This document shows positions 25,014-40,287 of a DNA stretch of 64,000 bases, piece by piece. Numbering within the stretch: position 1 is the stretch's first letter; each line of letters opens with the position of its first letter. A model generated the notes under the pieces. That model was given only the letters and a program-made list of their open reading frames with translations. It had not been told where the DNA came from and searched no databases. Source of the stretch: Octopus sinensis (Eukaryota); assembly GCF_006345805.1 (NCBI RefSeq), contig NC_043004.1, positions 95,480,001-95,544,000 of the forward strand, in the 5' to 3' direction. The translations under genes and the position numbers were made by a program.

Positions 25014-28000
25014 CTGTGTGTATAGATTGTTTGAAATGGTATACAGGTATTGTATATTGAGAAAAAGGAGGCAGTCAGAATTTTGGATAATTCTTTATTA
25101 GTGCTTTCGTTTGTTTATGGAACCCATCAAGACAAAATCAAGATGGATTTATATGGATCGGATGTTTTTTAGCTTTGTTCAGAAGGGGAGAAACATTTTT
25201 TTCTTTTTGAGAGGAAAAGAGGAGAAAGAAGGAAAGAAAACAGGGGCGGGAGGCAGGATTTGACAGAGAGAGAGGTTTCAGGGCTATCAAGAAAGAGGAA
25301 AAATATAATAAAGGATGGGGAAAGGATAGAGAGAGAGAGAGGGAGGGGAAAAGGGGGAGAGAGAGATGAAGAGAGAGAGAGTGGTTTCTTTTCAATTTGA
25401 TGTGGTCAACCCATTGAAATTTCATTACAAAGCATTTTTCATTTTTTCTTTTCGCTTTTCTTCTTGTATTTTCTTTTTTTCTTCTTTTTCCCCATTGTAT
25501 ACATATCAACATATTTGTAAATAAACACATTTTCTCACAAGGGCTGGTGACCTTTCAAGATGTTAATTTTAGGAAGTAGGATGAGGTAAGATAAGAAAAG
25601 AGGGAAGTGTATGGTCATAACTGAGAAATAAAAAAAGAGTTCAAAGTTCAAAGTTCAAAGTCTTATGAAAATGTATATTCCTTTACACTTGTATAGTCAA
25701 ATCCCAATTCTGTGTAATTCCATGTTTTGCATGAACAAACATTAAATATTGATACAACATTCATAAACTAGGGAAATAAAGTCAGAATATATAAAAATAT
25801 AGTTTGAATTTGGTACTGTTTATAATTCAGTCTATTCTCTATGTACATTTAATCAAACATCATAAACGAGTTTTGTAATAACATGTATATTGAGAGAGAG
25901 AGGTGGGGGGAAGCCACTTTGTAGGCTATGAATTATATAACAAAGCAGGGCCTGCTTAAATATATTTTTGAATATCTTTCATTATTTTGCAGGATTTCTT
26001 TTTCTTGTTTGCTTGCTTGGATAAGATAATCCAAAACAGATCTTTTACACAAATTACTTTGCTAAGTAGCTGCATTAGATATTGTTGTGGCAGACACCCC
26101 CAGGTGAAAAGTGGGCTGGTCCACTCCTAATAGTGGACAGACTCAGTAAGTAATGTCAGTTAGCAAGGTACGTTGTTCTGGCCAGTCATGCAGGTAATGA
26201 AATACATCATCATAATGTGAGACATATCAGTGGTAACGAGGAAGGATTCAGAGCTCATGCAGTGGAAAAATGTTAAAAATCCTGAGGTGGGATTTGAACT
26301 TCACACAGTGGAAAGTAATATATAGACAGTGAAAAATATATAAGAAAAATTATTCTGAAGAAGAAAATAAAAGGATTCTGAAGAAAAAAATTGTCAGATA
26401 AAACTCTAACACATAATTGAACTTCGCACAGTGAAAAGCGATATAAACACAGTGAAAAATATATTTTAAATAAAGTATTTTGAAGAAAAATGTCAGATAA
26501 AACAGGGAATCTAACACAGAATTGAACTTCACACAGAGAAAAGTAATAGACACACAGTGAAAAATATATAAAAAAATGATTTTGAAGAAAAATATGTCTG
26601 ACAAAATTGGAACTCTAACACAAAACTCAACTGCACACAGTAAAAAATAATCTAAGTACATTTGAAGGATTTAAGTCAGGTCGCTATATGTAGTAGCACT
26701 ACCAATAAACAATGTAGACTGGTACAACCTGCGGCATTTTGAAGAAAAAAATATGGTTCTGTTTGGAACAAAAAATAATAATAATAATGAGTCCATTCAA
26801 AGATTTTAAGTCAGGTCACTATATGTTAATGTAGATTGGTACCACCTGCAGCATTTTGAAAATAAAATACATTCTGCATGGAACAAGAAAAATTCTGAAT
26901 AAGATGAGAAAAATATTTCCGTGTGTGGAAGAAAAAGAAATAAAGAAAACAATGTATCGAAAGAAGAAAAAATTTTCAAAAGGGGGAGGTGTTGTGGCAG
27001 ACACCCCCAGGTGAGAAGTGGGCTGCTTCACTGCTAATTAATAGTGGACAGACGCAGTAAGTAATGTCAGCCAGCAAGGTACGCTGTTCAAACCGGTCAC
27101 TCCGACAACGAAACACATCGTCACAATGCGGGAGATATCAGATATCTTTTCTAATCACTGGTATAATAGTTCTAGTATTCTTACTCAGTTCTATAAGAAA
27201 AGCAGTTGTCAAAATCCCAATGTTATACATATATCTGATCATTTATAGAGATAAGTATTACATTATTAACATTGGAGCCACATTCAAAAACAGCAGTAAC
27301 AGTGTAATACAAATGTTTTCTCTTCATCCATCATCATTACTATTAAAAAATAATAATAATAAAGTGGTAAAATGATTATTAACCCTTTCATTAGTGTATT
27401 TATTTTGAGATGCTCTGTGTTTCTTTTAATTACTTTAAATATAACAATGAATTTAGTAAAATTACTTGGTTATCATTAAGCTAGTGTTAGGAACATAAAT
27501 TGTGACTAAGGTTTGGTGGAAGATTTTAATTCAAAACTTATGAAAACAAGACATTTGTACTCAGAGCCAGAGCCGGTTTCAACCGGGTTGGTAATGAAAG
27601 GGTTAAGAAACTTTCTTGACAGACACCAAAACCAGCTAGCATACATTGCTGTCACCTTACATGGTATGTGAATATTGTTAGACAGCATTTTAGTGTTCAT
27701 TTGCATTATTTCTCCCTAGTCACATTAGTTGGGCACAGAGTTTATGTGAGCTAAACATGTAATGTTCATAGTTTGTTTCATTAGGAAGGATATTCATGCA
27801 CGTTGTCTCTGTTTCTCTAACCAATATTTTTGACAAACTGTAGTCCCTCTGCTTCTCTTTCAAATATATATAGATATACGATGTATACACACACACACAC
27901 ACACACATGTATATATATCATCATTTAACGTCTGTTGTCCATGCTGGCATGGGTTGGATGGTTTGATCAGAACTGGCAAGCTGGAAGGCTGCACCAGACT

Positions 28001-29759
28001 CTCCAGTCTGATTTGGCATAGTTTCTATGGCTGGATGCTCTTCCTAATGCCAACCACTCCGAGAGTGTAATGGGTGCTTTTACATTCCACCGGCAGGAGT
28101 GCCATTTAAGTGACACCGGTGTCTGTCACGACTGCAGTTTTACTTGGCTTGATGGGTTTTCTTCTCAAGCAAGACATAATGCTGAAAGGACTCGGTCATT
28201 GCCTCCATGAGGCCCAATGCTCAAAATATGGCATAATGCTAAATGGTCTCAGTCCTTGCTCCCATGAGACCCAACACTCAAAAGGTGCTTTTACGTACCA
28301 CAGGCATGGAGGCTATTTGCATGACACCGGTATCTGCCATAATCGTAATCTTACTTGGCTTCATTGGTCTTCTCCTCAAGCAGAATATAATCCCAAAGGT
28401 CTTGGTTATTATCTCTGTGAGGCCCAACACTCGAAAGGAGCTCAACCACTTTTGTCTCCATGAAGCTCAATGCTCAAAAGCTGCTTTTTACGTGCCACCT
28501 GCACAGGTACCAGTAACGTGACACCAGCATTGGCCACAACTATGGTTTCACTTAGCTTGATGGGTCTTCTCAAGCACAGCATATTGCCAAAGGTCTTGGT
28601 TACTTATCATTGCCTTTGTGAAGCCTAAAGTTCGGAGATGATTCTTTACCACCTCATCCCATGTCTTTCTGGGTCAACCTCTACCACAGGTTCTCTTCAC
28701 AGTTAGGAGTCAGCATTTCTTTAAACAGCTGTCTTCATCCATTTGCATCACATGACCATGTCAACCCATACGTCTCTCTTGCACACCACATCTGATGCCT
28801 CTTATTTCTAACTTTTCTCAAGATGCCTACACTCTGTCGAACATGCACACTGACATTGCAATCCAGCGACGCATACTGACTTCATTTCTTTCAAGTCTAC
28901 GCATGTCCTCAGCTGTCACAGCCCATATTTCACTGCCATGTAGCATAGCTGTTTGCACACAAGCATCACGCAATCTGCCTTTCACTCTGAGAGAGAGGAA
29001 CTTAGTTGCCAGTTGGTACTGATGTATCTTCTTCTGCCATACTGCGCAACTTCGTCATTTTTATTTATCTGCTGACTGCCATTCTGCATAAGAGTGTATG
29101 TTGCAGCATCTAAACCTTTGTTTATATATTTGCAAACACACTGAATGGAGTTAACAGAGTTGCAGAATTCAACATTGACTCTGGCTACCTGTACTCGTCT
29201 TGGCTTCACAGTAGAATACCGATCATCTACATCTACCCCGACTCCTCTTGTAGAGAGTGAGAACATTGTTCTCGGAAACTTTTTTGAAAATTAAAATGGT
29301 GATTAAATGAAAATATGAGTTACGTGAATATCTTCACAAGAGTGATTGAAATAAATGGCGATGTAGAATGCCCCACGTGCGCGCGTACACACACACACAC
29401 ACCACACACACACACATACATATACATACAGTATCAAACATCAGATGAAATGGACGTGTGTGTGTGAGAGAGAGAGAAGGGGTGTGCTGTCATGTATACG
29501 TACATGAATAAATATACATATATCTTTTTCGTATGTGAGAGAGAGAGAGAAAGAAAGAAAGAAACAAACAAACAAACAAACAAAGATAGAAAGAAAGAAA
29601 GAGAAAGAAAGGGAATGCCACTTGGACATCACTCTCTCTCTCTCTCTCTCTTTGTCTCACACATACACACACACGCTCACATACATACAAAAAAGATGTA
29701 TGCATATGTATTTATATTCGTACGTATACATAGCAACACACCCCTTGACTGACTCTCTC

Positions 29760-29790
<31 letters not shown>

Positions 29791-32700
29791 TACAAAAACA
29801 CGTGTGCGTGTGTGACTGACTTGTGTGTGTGAGAGAACATTGCAAACTTTTAGGTCCGCTGTAGGCAATATGTATTTTTGTAGAGGCCCAGAGGCGTCAA
29901 ACTGAACGGCCACCCCTGGCGGCACACACTCTAGCTACACTGTTCTTTTGAATTAAAATATCTGAATAAACCAATTATTAGTTAGTTAGTTAGTTAATTT
30001 TTGGGGCTCAAAAAGCAAAAAGCAAGGCCATGTAGGGGGACATGGAGTTATGTACAGGGTGGTGTTCATGTAAAGAGTTCAGGCCACTTGAGGTCAAGGG
30101 AGACTTTGAACCGAGCGGTCGTCGGCATCTTCACCATCTTGTCTGGCAGCTTATTCCACGGATCCGCAACCCGGACGGAGAAAGCCCCTCTCCTTCGATT
30201 GAGATGAAATCGTCGCAGATAGAGCTTTTCGGAATGACCCCGCAGCCGACGCTCTGGAGCAGGAGTGAAGAACAGCTCTTTCGAGAGGTTACACTTTCCG
30301 CTTATGATGTTGAGAGCGAGAATGAGATCACCACGGCGGCGGCGTTTTTCTAGAGAATAAAGGTCGAGCGTCTTCAGCCTTTCTTCATAAGACAAATTCT
30401 TGAGACCATGAACCATGCGGTAGCCAGCTTCTGGACTCTTTCGAAATGCTGTATTTTTTGAGGAGATAAGGAGAAGAGGCTTGAATCCCGTACTCCAATA
30501 TGGGTCTCACCAGCGTGACATAGAGCGGTAGGAATATGGCTGCTGTGAGCATTCCGAATGACCGTCGAATCAAGAACAGAATTCCGCGTGCTTTGTTGGC
30601 AGCATGGACGCACTGGGCCGAAGGCGAAAAGGAGGAATCCACCAAGATACCCAAGTCCTTTACCTGATCGGTCCTCTCCAGCAGCAGACGACCCGGCTCG
30701 AAATCAAGTTGAGTTGCAGGAGGAGAGCCAACAGGCAGATGACAGCACTTTGACACGTTCAGACACAGGTCCCATTCGTTAGACCATCTCCAAATTGTTT
30801 TCCTTACTTTGTCCATCCAATCCTTTCATAGTGTAGTGAGTCCGTCGTCTTTTTATATGTCTTTGTTCGAGTCTTTTATTCTATTTTTCAGTATGTGTAG
30901 ACTAAATATGTCGGTAGGATCTGATGTTTACATGATATCAAAGAATCCAAAAGATATACCAATAACCTTGATTTCATGTCTTTTTGTTGAATCACGAAAA
31001 ATTATCGTAAAATAGCAATGACTTCCTTGTGTTTACTTTCGTAGCATAGCTCGGTAATAACCTCACTGTTCGAAAGAGATCGTACAGATAATGTCGTAGC
31101 AGATAACAGTTAACTTTTGGCCGCCATTTGGACCCTGTTGTGTCCACTGCTCTGATTGGTTGGCATTGACGCAGTTTGTCTCTTGACTTATTTCGCGCCG
31201 ATGTGTGAACCAACCAATCAACCAGAACCTTCCAATAAGATCATGTGACACAGTCTTTTGGATTTTCTTCTAGAGCCTACCCTTAGCTTTAAAAGGCCCC
31301 AGCATTCACTACACTATTTTGTTTATGTGATGATGATGTGGAAATTTACCGAATTAAAGACTTTGCAAAAGAAAGCTCCGAGAAATGGATCAGTAAATCT
31401 TCAAGATATTTAACTGAATGAATCTGCATGATTTTTGCCTTCGATACTATTAAATTTCTTGATGGCTGCATTTAAAATTCTATTTGTATAAACTTTGTAA
31501 CTAACCTAATTCTCGTATTTATCAAATCTAATTTTTTTTTTGCAGACTTTATCCAGTTTATTAACTATATGGTCAAATAGTATACGTTTGAGTACCTCCA
31601 TAACATTACCTTAAACATTAAATACGACTTACGTAGACTAAGACGTTCAATCCGATCGCTAATTTTTAACTCTGTGACTAAGTCGTTATTATTGCTGTTA
31701 CATGTGTTTTGGTTAGTTTTCTTATCTGTCTTCTTTATAGTGTCTAGTTATACTTTGCTGTTAGTATTTAAATCAAGATCATACGATTTTTAGTCGTATT
31801 TGCCTAAGTTGTTAGAATTGATAGAGTCTAGAATACAATTTTAGCTCGTTTTGAAAATTATCAGCAGATTGCTGTCGGATCTCGCTTTTTATACTCGTGC
31901 TTCAGTTCACTTTAAATCTTTTCATGTCATTCATTTGCGTTGATATCTGTGAGTTTTGAAATCGAACTTGCTATCTGGCGGTGAGATCGACATATGTTTG
32001 TCGAAAAAAGATAACTTTCCAATTCATTTTCTCAACTTTCAATCTTCTCAGTTAATCTCTTAATGTAGATTTCTCTCAGTGGTATAGCAATAGTTAAGAA
32101 GCGGGAGAAAATTTATTCAGTAAATATCTTTAAAGCATAATTATTTTATTGACTGCTGACATAAAGCTGTTATTTGTGGATTTATACATGTAATAACGCA
32201 GCATCTATGGTGAAAGAAATGAACAATAGATCTATGTACAAGATGGGTAAAAAACAAAAACGCATACATTGTTCATGCAGCCATACAAGTTCTGATGCCG
32301 CAGTATCCTACTTCAGCGAGTGGTCTACCGCAAAATCTTCTCTACGCTGTGAAATTACTTTTAGCATGCGGTCTACCTTTTCTTACCCTCATAACCTGAG
32401 TTAATTTTAACCATTACAATGTTGTTGAAAGATTTCTAAAGACGTATAATTTTTTCAGAGGACACAGCAATTGCATTTTTACAAAAAAAAAACAATCTTC
32501 TGGATACATCACTAGAAGCAAACCCTTGTCATTAATGTGGTAGCGTCATGCAAGGTAAACGAAAATGTGACAGAAGTGGAGAATACCGGCGTATATTTCG
32601 CTTTCCTCGAAAAGAGTTTCAAACTTCGCGTTCTATTCGGAAAGGTAACTGTTTTTGTTTTTTTTTTTCATTATACGGACATCAACAAGTTATTAGTAAA

Positions 32701-34222
32701 TCATTATTCAATATTATTCAATTTGTCTTTATCATCCTGCAGTATAAAGTTATTATAGTGGCGGTAGATTGCACGCTAAAGTATAAAAGGGTAACAAAAG
32801 ATAGACCGCAAGCTAAAAGTAATTTCACAGCGAAGACAGGATACTGCGGTAGACCGTATGCTAAAGTGGGAATGGAAGCACCCCGTCGGTTACGACGACG
32901 AGGGTTCCGGTTGATCCGAATCAACGGAACAGTCTGCTCGTGAAATTAACGTGTAAGTGGCTGAGCACTCCACAGACACGTGTACCCTAACGTAGTTCTC
33001 GGGGATATTCAGCGTGACACAGAGAGTGACAAGGCCGGCCCTTTGAAATACAGGTACAACAGAAACAGGAAGTAAGAGAAAGTTGTGGTGAAAGAGTACA
33101 GCAGGGATCACCACCATCCCCTGCCGGAGCCTCGTGGAGCTTTAGGTGTTTTCGCTCATAAAACACTCACAACGCCCGGTCTGGAATCGAAACCGCGATC
33201 CTACGACCGCGAGTCCGCTGCCCTAACCACTGGGCCATTGCGCCTCCACGATGCTAAAGTAGGATACTGCAGTAGATGGCACACTAAAGTAGGATACTAC
33301 GGTAGACCGCACGCTAAAGTAGCACCCGAGTTCTCACATTTCGGTTCTTTTCGGTTTGACCGGCAGTTTTTTCTAGCGGTGTCATATGAAATTGTCACCC
33401 ATAATTATGACCCTAGTATCGATCTATTGCATTTCAATATGTTTTAGGGTTAGGGTTAGGAGTGGGGGAAAGGGTATCTTTTTTTCCTTCACAAATGTAA
33501 ATAAACCCAATCTGTTTCTTAAACGAGGGACATATTCATACGGCACAGAATGTTTTTTTTTTTACCTCAATAGATGTCAGTGATTGGTTGAAATTGCAGA
33601 AATTGAAGAAAATAAAACAACAAATATCTTACAAAAACCATAGAATTTTCTCATAAAAGCCAAGAGAAAAATATGTTTTATAAACACATTCTACCAGTAT
33701 ACGAAGTTTAAAATTTTTTAGTTACCTAGAAATTATGTTAAAAACTGCCGTTCAAACCGAAAAGATCCCACTTTTCTAATTCATACAACAGAGTGTAGTT
33801 TGATAAAGACCTAAAAGCATGAGATAAGCATAAATCCCAGTTTACCATCAAATACATAAGTCCCCGGTGCATAACCACGAGACTCCAACGTACATCAATA
33901 CACGTGCACATACATTTTACCACTTACTTGTTTCAGTCTTTTGGCAGCGAAGCCCCGCCTTGAAAAATTTTTTTTGTCGAACGATCGACTCCAATATTTA
34001 CTGTTTTTAAAGCCTGGTATTTATTCTATCGGCTTTTTTGCCGAACCGCCGACCACCAAGTTATGGGGACGTAAACACAACAAGTGCTAGTGGAGGATAT
34101 ACACAGGCGCAAAGACACAAATACACACGTACGTATGTATTGCATGCATGCATGTATTCATATAGTATGTATGTATGTATGTATGTATGTATGTATGTAT
34201 GTATGTATGTATGTATGTATGC

Positions 34223-34255
<33 letters not shown>

Positions 34256-34258
34256 TGC

Positions 34259-34291
<33 letters not shown>

Positions 34292-34958
34292 TGTATGTAT
34301 GTATGTATGTATGTATATAAGAGCGTTGTAGTTCGCTGAAGCATTGTGATATCGAAGAATGTTGTAAGAGAGAAAATAGGGCAGCTTCTGACAATGCGGA
34401 AAGTTTAATAAAACCTTTATACTTAGGGCGCAAAGGCCTATCTTCAGAAGATGTTCTTTTCTTCTGAGATAAAGCCTTTGCGCCTGAAATGTAATGATTT
34501 TATGAAACTTTCTGCATTGTCAGAAGCTGTCTGTCCTACGTCCTGGTTTTGTTTGTTGTTTATTTTTTATTTTTATTTTACCGTTATTGTTTTTACGGTT
34601 TTGTATTCTTATTGGTGTCACGTATTCTGTATTTTGTTTATGTACTTCGTTCGTTTTCCGTCCTCGCATTGTATACATTCGAAGCTTTCTTCCAGGGGAT
34701 CTAATGCGCTTGGCTTAGATTTCCCTTGGCGGGCTGGCCATATCGGAGCAATCTCAAGATTAATCAGCCGAAATTGCTAAGATGATCTGGTTCTTGACTG
34801 ATGACTGAGGGCTTCGAATGTCCCGTCCTGTGGTTCTTGTGTCGTCTCTGTGGTGTTTCATGTTTTGTCCATGTCTGTAATTATTTTTACTGTTTACCTA
34901 TATATATATATATATATACATACACACATACACACAGACACACACACAGACACACACA

Positions 34959-35016
<58 letters not shown>

Positions 35017-35593
35017 TTATACACGACGAGATTATTTCAGTTTTATTAAACTTTCTACATTGTTAGAAGTTGTCTATCTTCTCTCCTTATACATACATAC
35101 ATACATACATACATACATACATACATACATAATACATACATACATACATACATACATGCATACATACACGGCGAGTTTATTTCAATTTCCGTCTAATAAA
35201 TCCATCACCCAGGCTCTTGGAGAAGATACTTGCCCAAAGCGCCACACAGGGGAACTCATAATTTTGTATGCATAACACTTCTTCTTTATTTACACCATAT
35301 TTAGTGAGTAAGAAAGAAACTATGTGATAATCCAAATATCCAAAACACACGGAAATTCACAGGTAAAGGATTTATGGCTTCAGCTAAAAAAAAAAAGGTG
35401 ATTATACTCTTTGATATGTATTGAGTGCAATTTCTCCTGTTCGTTACTACCACCACTTCCTTACCTACCGCTTACAGTTGATATGAATTGGCCAGTAATT
35501 GACGATAAATATATAAATTAATCTATATCCATTATATTGAGCGGTGCTTATTGTGATATATAGAACTTCTTTGACCCCCTATCTTTATCATAA

Positions 35594-35633
<40 letters not shown>

Positions 35634-36131
35634 CATTATTATTATTATCGTTGATATTTAAATAGTAATACCGATAAACCATCAAAAATGTAGCAACACA
35701 AACAAAGTAATTACAATAATAGTAATAATATTCCTTTCTACTATAGGTACAAGGCCTGAAATTTAGGGGAAGGGAATTAGTTGATTACATCAACCCCCAG
35801 TATTTCACTGGTATTTAATTCATCGACCCCGAAAGGATGAAAGGCAAAGTCAACCACTGCGAAATTTGAACTCAGAACGTAGTGGCAGACAAAATACCTA
35901 TTTCTTTACTACCCACAAGGGGGCTAAACACAGAGAGGACAAACAAGGACAGACAAACGGATTAAGTCGATTATATCGACCCCAGTGCATAACTGGTACT
36001 TATTTAATCGACCCCGAAAGGATGAAAAGCAAAGTCGACCTCGGCGGAATTTGAACTCAGAACGTAGCGGCAGACGAAATATCGCTAAGCATTTCGCTCG
36101 GCGTGCTAACGATTCTGCCAGCTAGTCGCCC

Positions 36132-36169
<38 letters not shown>

Positions 36170-36371
36170 TAATAATAAAGCTCAAAGAATACGAAGATTT
36201 GAGAAGGAAACAAGTTTTACAAGCAAATTAAACTTCACATCCTTTGCAAAAACATTTACCTAAAAATAGGGAAGGAGAAAATAACCATTGAAGACACCCT
36301 CCCATGGAAAAGTTGAAAACTTTGAAAAAATATGGAGTAATGAAAAGACGTACATTGAAAATGCAGATTGG
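18265..36371 (+). repeat. Copy 2 of the ~18.1-kb duplication; features listed in 1-18064 recur here
   Basis: Differs from copy 1 by homopolymer/microsatellite indels, scattered SNPs and one 18-bp indel (29041-29058). Confidence 0.98.
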
Positions 36372-38570
36372 ATTAGATGCACAGAAGAATCCTACCAAAA
36401 TCTACCAGAACAAGCTTGTGAAGACATCTCAATAGCAGGCTTAAGGATGACACTCACGAAGGCTCATAAGTGGAAATCCGCTGGTAAAGACAGGGAAAGG
36501 GTGCAAATTTCTGGCTTGCATCGCTCCCATACGCACATGGAAAGTTAGTTCAGTTATTTAATGAAATTACGGGAGATCCTAAGAAAACATGTTTGGTTAG
36601 CAAATGGTACTACTTACCTTCTTCCAAAGAATAATGAAACCAAATTTCCTCAAAGCTATCGGACCATAACCTGTCTACCTATCACGTATAAAATTTTAAT
36701 ATCCATCCTCGTGGAGAAAAACATACGCATTTATGGAACAGAACGATAACTTCCCCGCCGAACAAAAATGGCGACGACGAGGTTCGTATAGAAGCAAAGA
36801 TCAACTTCTAATCAATTGTATGATCCTTGAGAATTTCATAACAAACGCAGAAATCTCTGGTCCGCATAGATTGATTATAAAGAAAACGCCTTTGATAGCA
36901 TACCGCATTCATAGATTTTAAAATCACTGGATATCTTCAACATTTTTTTTGTAATTTCAAACTTCCTGAAGCACGCGTCAGTGTGGAATACGAATCTCCA
37001 ATCATACTACTCTAATGGAGTACAGACTTCAAACAAAACTAATATCAACTGCGGCATTTTCCAGGGTGACTCTCTTTCACCTCTAATTTTTTGCATAATC
37101 CTAATATACCCCCTTTCAAGTGAAATTAACAGAACAGGGTATGAGCATAAAATTTTATATGAGTGACTTAAAACTTTATGGCAAAGACTTGAGTTAAATA
37201 TACATAACAAGGTGTTAGCCATAAATTCCTTAGCGATTCCAGTTGTTATTTATAGTTTCAATGTGTTGAACTGGAATATCAGCGAAATAAAGAAAATCCA
37301 TAAGATGCTGACTTGCAATAAGATTCACCACCTAAATGCATGTGCAGATTGGAAGTCGAGGCTTGATCCAATTCAAAATCTCTGATAAAACCAAATATCT
37401 GACTGCCCCAAATATCTTGAAACATCTAACGACTGAATGCTAAAAATTCATTGAAAGCCACAAGAGACGTAAGAAGCTTCATTCTGTCATGAAGGAGAAC
37501 AAAAATGTTTGCTAGTGAGTTCATACATAATAACTACAATTGAACAGCATGATTGAAATGCAGCAACTGTTGTTGCATAAAAAGGTGAAATCAATGGCAA
37601 AGGCAGAAGCCTGTGAACAATTGGCTAATAGGTAGGAACAAAAACCTTTGCATTGCAAATATGTAGCCCGTAGCAAACAGCTGATGTAGATGAAAAGCAC
37701 ACGCGTCAGTTTTACAGAGCTCAGGGCTAAAAGCAGAGACTAAGGCTTTCTCTAGCTGCTCAAGATCAGAGCTTATTGATCCGTAACTAACTAAAGCCAA
37801 TGTGGCGAAAAATAGAGTAGACTGACAGTGAGATTGAAACAGTGGATCATCTAATCTCTGGGTGTAAAGATTTAGCACCTATATATTTATTTATTGCCCA
37901 AGGGGATAAACATAGAGGGGACAAATAAGGACAGACAAAGGGATTAAGTCGATTACAACGACCCCAGTGCGAAACTGGTACTTTATTTATCGACCCCGAA
38001 AGGATGAAAGGCAAAGTCGACCTCGGCGGAATTTGAACTCAGAACGTAGCGGCAGACGAAATAACGCTAAGCATTTCACCCGACATGCTAACGATTCTGC
38101 CAGCTCGCCACATATAGAGTATAAATCAATACGTAACAGAGTTTGCCAATATCTACCCTGGTTAATACATCGGCATTATAAATCAAAACTGCTGTCAAAT
38201 AGTATAAGCACCACCCTAAGGCTGTAACTGAGGGAGAAAATGTAATAATTCTTTGGGACTTTCCAATACATACAGACCAGACATCAAAGCTAATAAAACA
38301 GATATTGTTGTGAAAGATCAACAAACAAAAATCTTACTGATTGACATGAGCATACCTTGTGATTATAATATCTCAGCAAAAGAATTTGATAAGCTCAGAA
38401 AATATAAAGATATGCTGACTGAAATCGTAAAATGCAGCATCTCAAGACGATACAATACCGCTGATTGTAGGAGCACATGGAATGATAAAAAAAGGAACTG
38501 AAAATTATTTGAGAATGATCCCTGGCTTACCATCCATGCAAGAAATGCAAAAGATTGTTTTAACTGGTAA
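36178..38570 (+). mobile_element. Degenerate R4/Dong-clade LINE (RT plus restriction-like endonuclease), 5' end abutting (TAA)n; its first ~200 bp also at 17866-18064
   Basis: GTTYLLPK..YRTITCLPITYKIL; KDQLLIN; GIFQGDSLSPLIFC; ETVDHLISGC; KANKTDIVVKDQ..LLIDMSIPCDYNISAKEFDKLRKYKD; many stops and frameshifts. Confidence 0.85.
37885..38109 (-). mobile_element. CORE-like SINE inserted into the R4/Dong element
   Basis: LINE sequence gatttagcacctata|gagtataaa rejoins across the insert; tata is duplicated. Confidence 0.85.
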
Positions 38571-39904
38571 ATTTTACAGGGACATGTAAAATGAGGTGTG
38601 GATGCGAGTGGACTTGGTTAGAAATCCCCATCTTAAAAGGTGTCGTTGCTAGGGCCAAAAACGCACTTTGACATGTCTACTCTCATTCCTTTATGTATCT
38701 GTCTTCCTCTATCACTCACTCTCTTTCCTCCCTTCCCATCACATTCTATCTATAACGTCGTTTCACAGCGTCTATTTTCTTTCCCTCGCCGCCATCGCAT
38801 TCTATTGTCTGCCTATCTTCCTCCATCTCTCTCTCACTCTCTCTCTCCACCCTTCCTTTCACTTTCTCTCTATAACGTCATTTGATAGTGTCTACTATCT
38901 TTCCTTCGCCAACGCTGTCACTCTCTCTCTCTCTCTCTCTCTCTACATCTGTCTCCATTCATAAAGAGAATTATCACCGCCACCACCACCACACAATCAT
39001 GAGAATCTTTCTCTTAACACAAATCATCTTTAGGTTTCAAAATATTTCACTTTTCAGTCCTCTCTTTCATATATCACCTTTTCTTCCTCGATCTCTCTCT
39101 TTTCCCCCTTCTCTCCATTTTATCTTTATATAACGACGTTTGGCACCTCCGCGTCTCTTTTTTGTTCTCCAACACGTCTCTCAACGATAGCCGCAAAAGT
39201 TTAAATATTCTTACCACAGGTCTTTCAGAAAGGTAACAGATATTATTTATTTTGGCGTGGATAAAAAGAATTTATTTGTATGCTCAAGCCGACCGTCGTT
39301 AACAAAACTTTTTCTGTAAATTTGAAAAATTTTCCAGTTTTGAAATATTTAGGAATTCTCTGTTACATCAAGCTAAAAAATTTGCGCCAGCCTTTTAAAT
39401 CGTCAATGTGTTGCCGTCCATGATGAAGAAGTTTTGAATGCTTGCCATTGTGAGTCTACTGAAAGAATCACTTCAAAACTTGGTGTTTACGAATTTTCTT
39501 TTACATCAAGTTCAGAATTTTACGCCGGCCGTTAAACTGCAACTACGTTGCTGTCCGTCGTTAAGAAATGCCAGCCATGGTGACTCTACTATCTTCAGAT
39601 TCCATCCCTTCAAACTTTGGTTTCCAATATTTTTTTTTCAGCTCGCAAGTTCGTCTGTCCCTTTTAAATGTTAGTGTTTTGCTTTCTGCCTTGAAGCAGA
39701 CCTTTCCGTTGTCACTGCCGGATATTTATGATTGATCTTTCAAACTACTTTCTTTCTCAACTTACTCAAGATATTTTGTTGTTTATAAATGGGAGAGAGA
39801 TAGATAGAGAAAAATAGAGAGTAAGAGAAAACGAGGGAGAGTCCGAGAGAAAGGAAGAGTAAGAGAGTGGGAAAGGGAGAGAGAAAGGAGAGAGAAACAA
39901 AGAG

Positions 39905-40225
39905 GGAGAATCATCATCATCGTTTAACGTCCGTTTTCGTGCTAGAACAGGTTGGACGGTTTGACCGGTGTCTAGTAAGCCAGGAGGCTGCACCAGGCTC
40001 CAGTCTGATCTGGAAGTGTTTCTACAGCTGGATGCCCTTCCTAACGCCAACCACTCCGTGATTGTAGTGGGTGCTTTTTTCGTGCCACCGGCACAGGTGC
40101 CACGGGGGAGGGGCGCTGACAGCGGCCACGATCGGTTGGTGCTTTTTACGTGCCACCGGCACAGAAGCCAGTCAAAGCGGCGCTGCCATCGGCAACGTTC
40201 GGATGGTGCCTTTTACGTGCCGAAA
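39905..40225 (-). mobile_element. RTE-type 3' tail / SINE fragment
   Basis: ggctccagtctgatctgg..gctggatgcccttcctaacgccaaccac, shared with 3904-3965, 6490-6550, 9710-9760. Confidence 0.75.
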
Positions 40226-40256
40226 GGATGCAACAGAAAATAACATTCACACTCTT

Positions 40257-40287
40257 ACCCGCGCGTAGAGCGGGTCACCTTGAGCTA

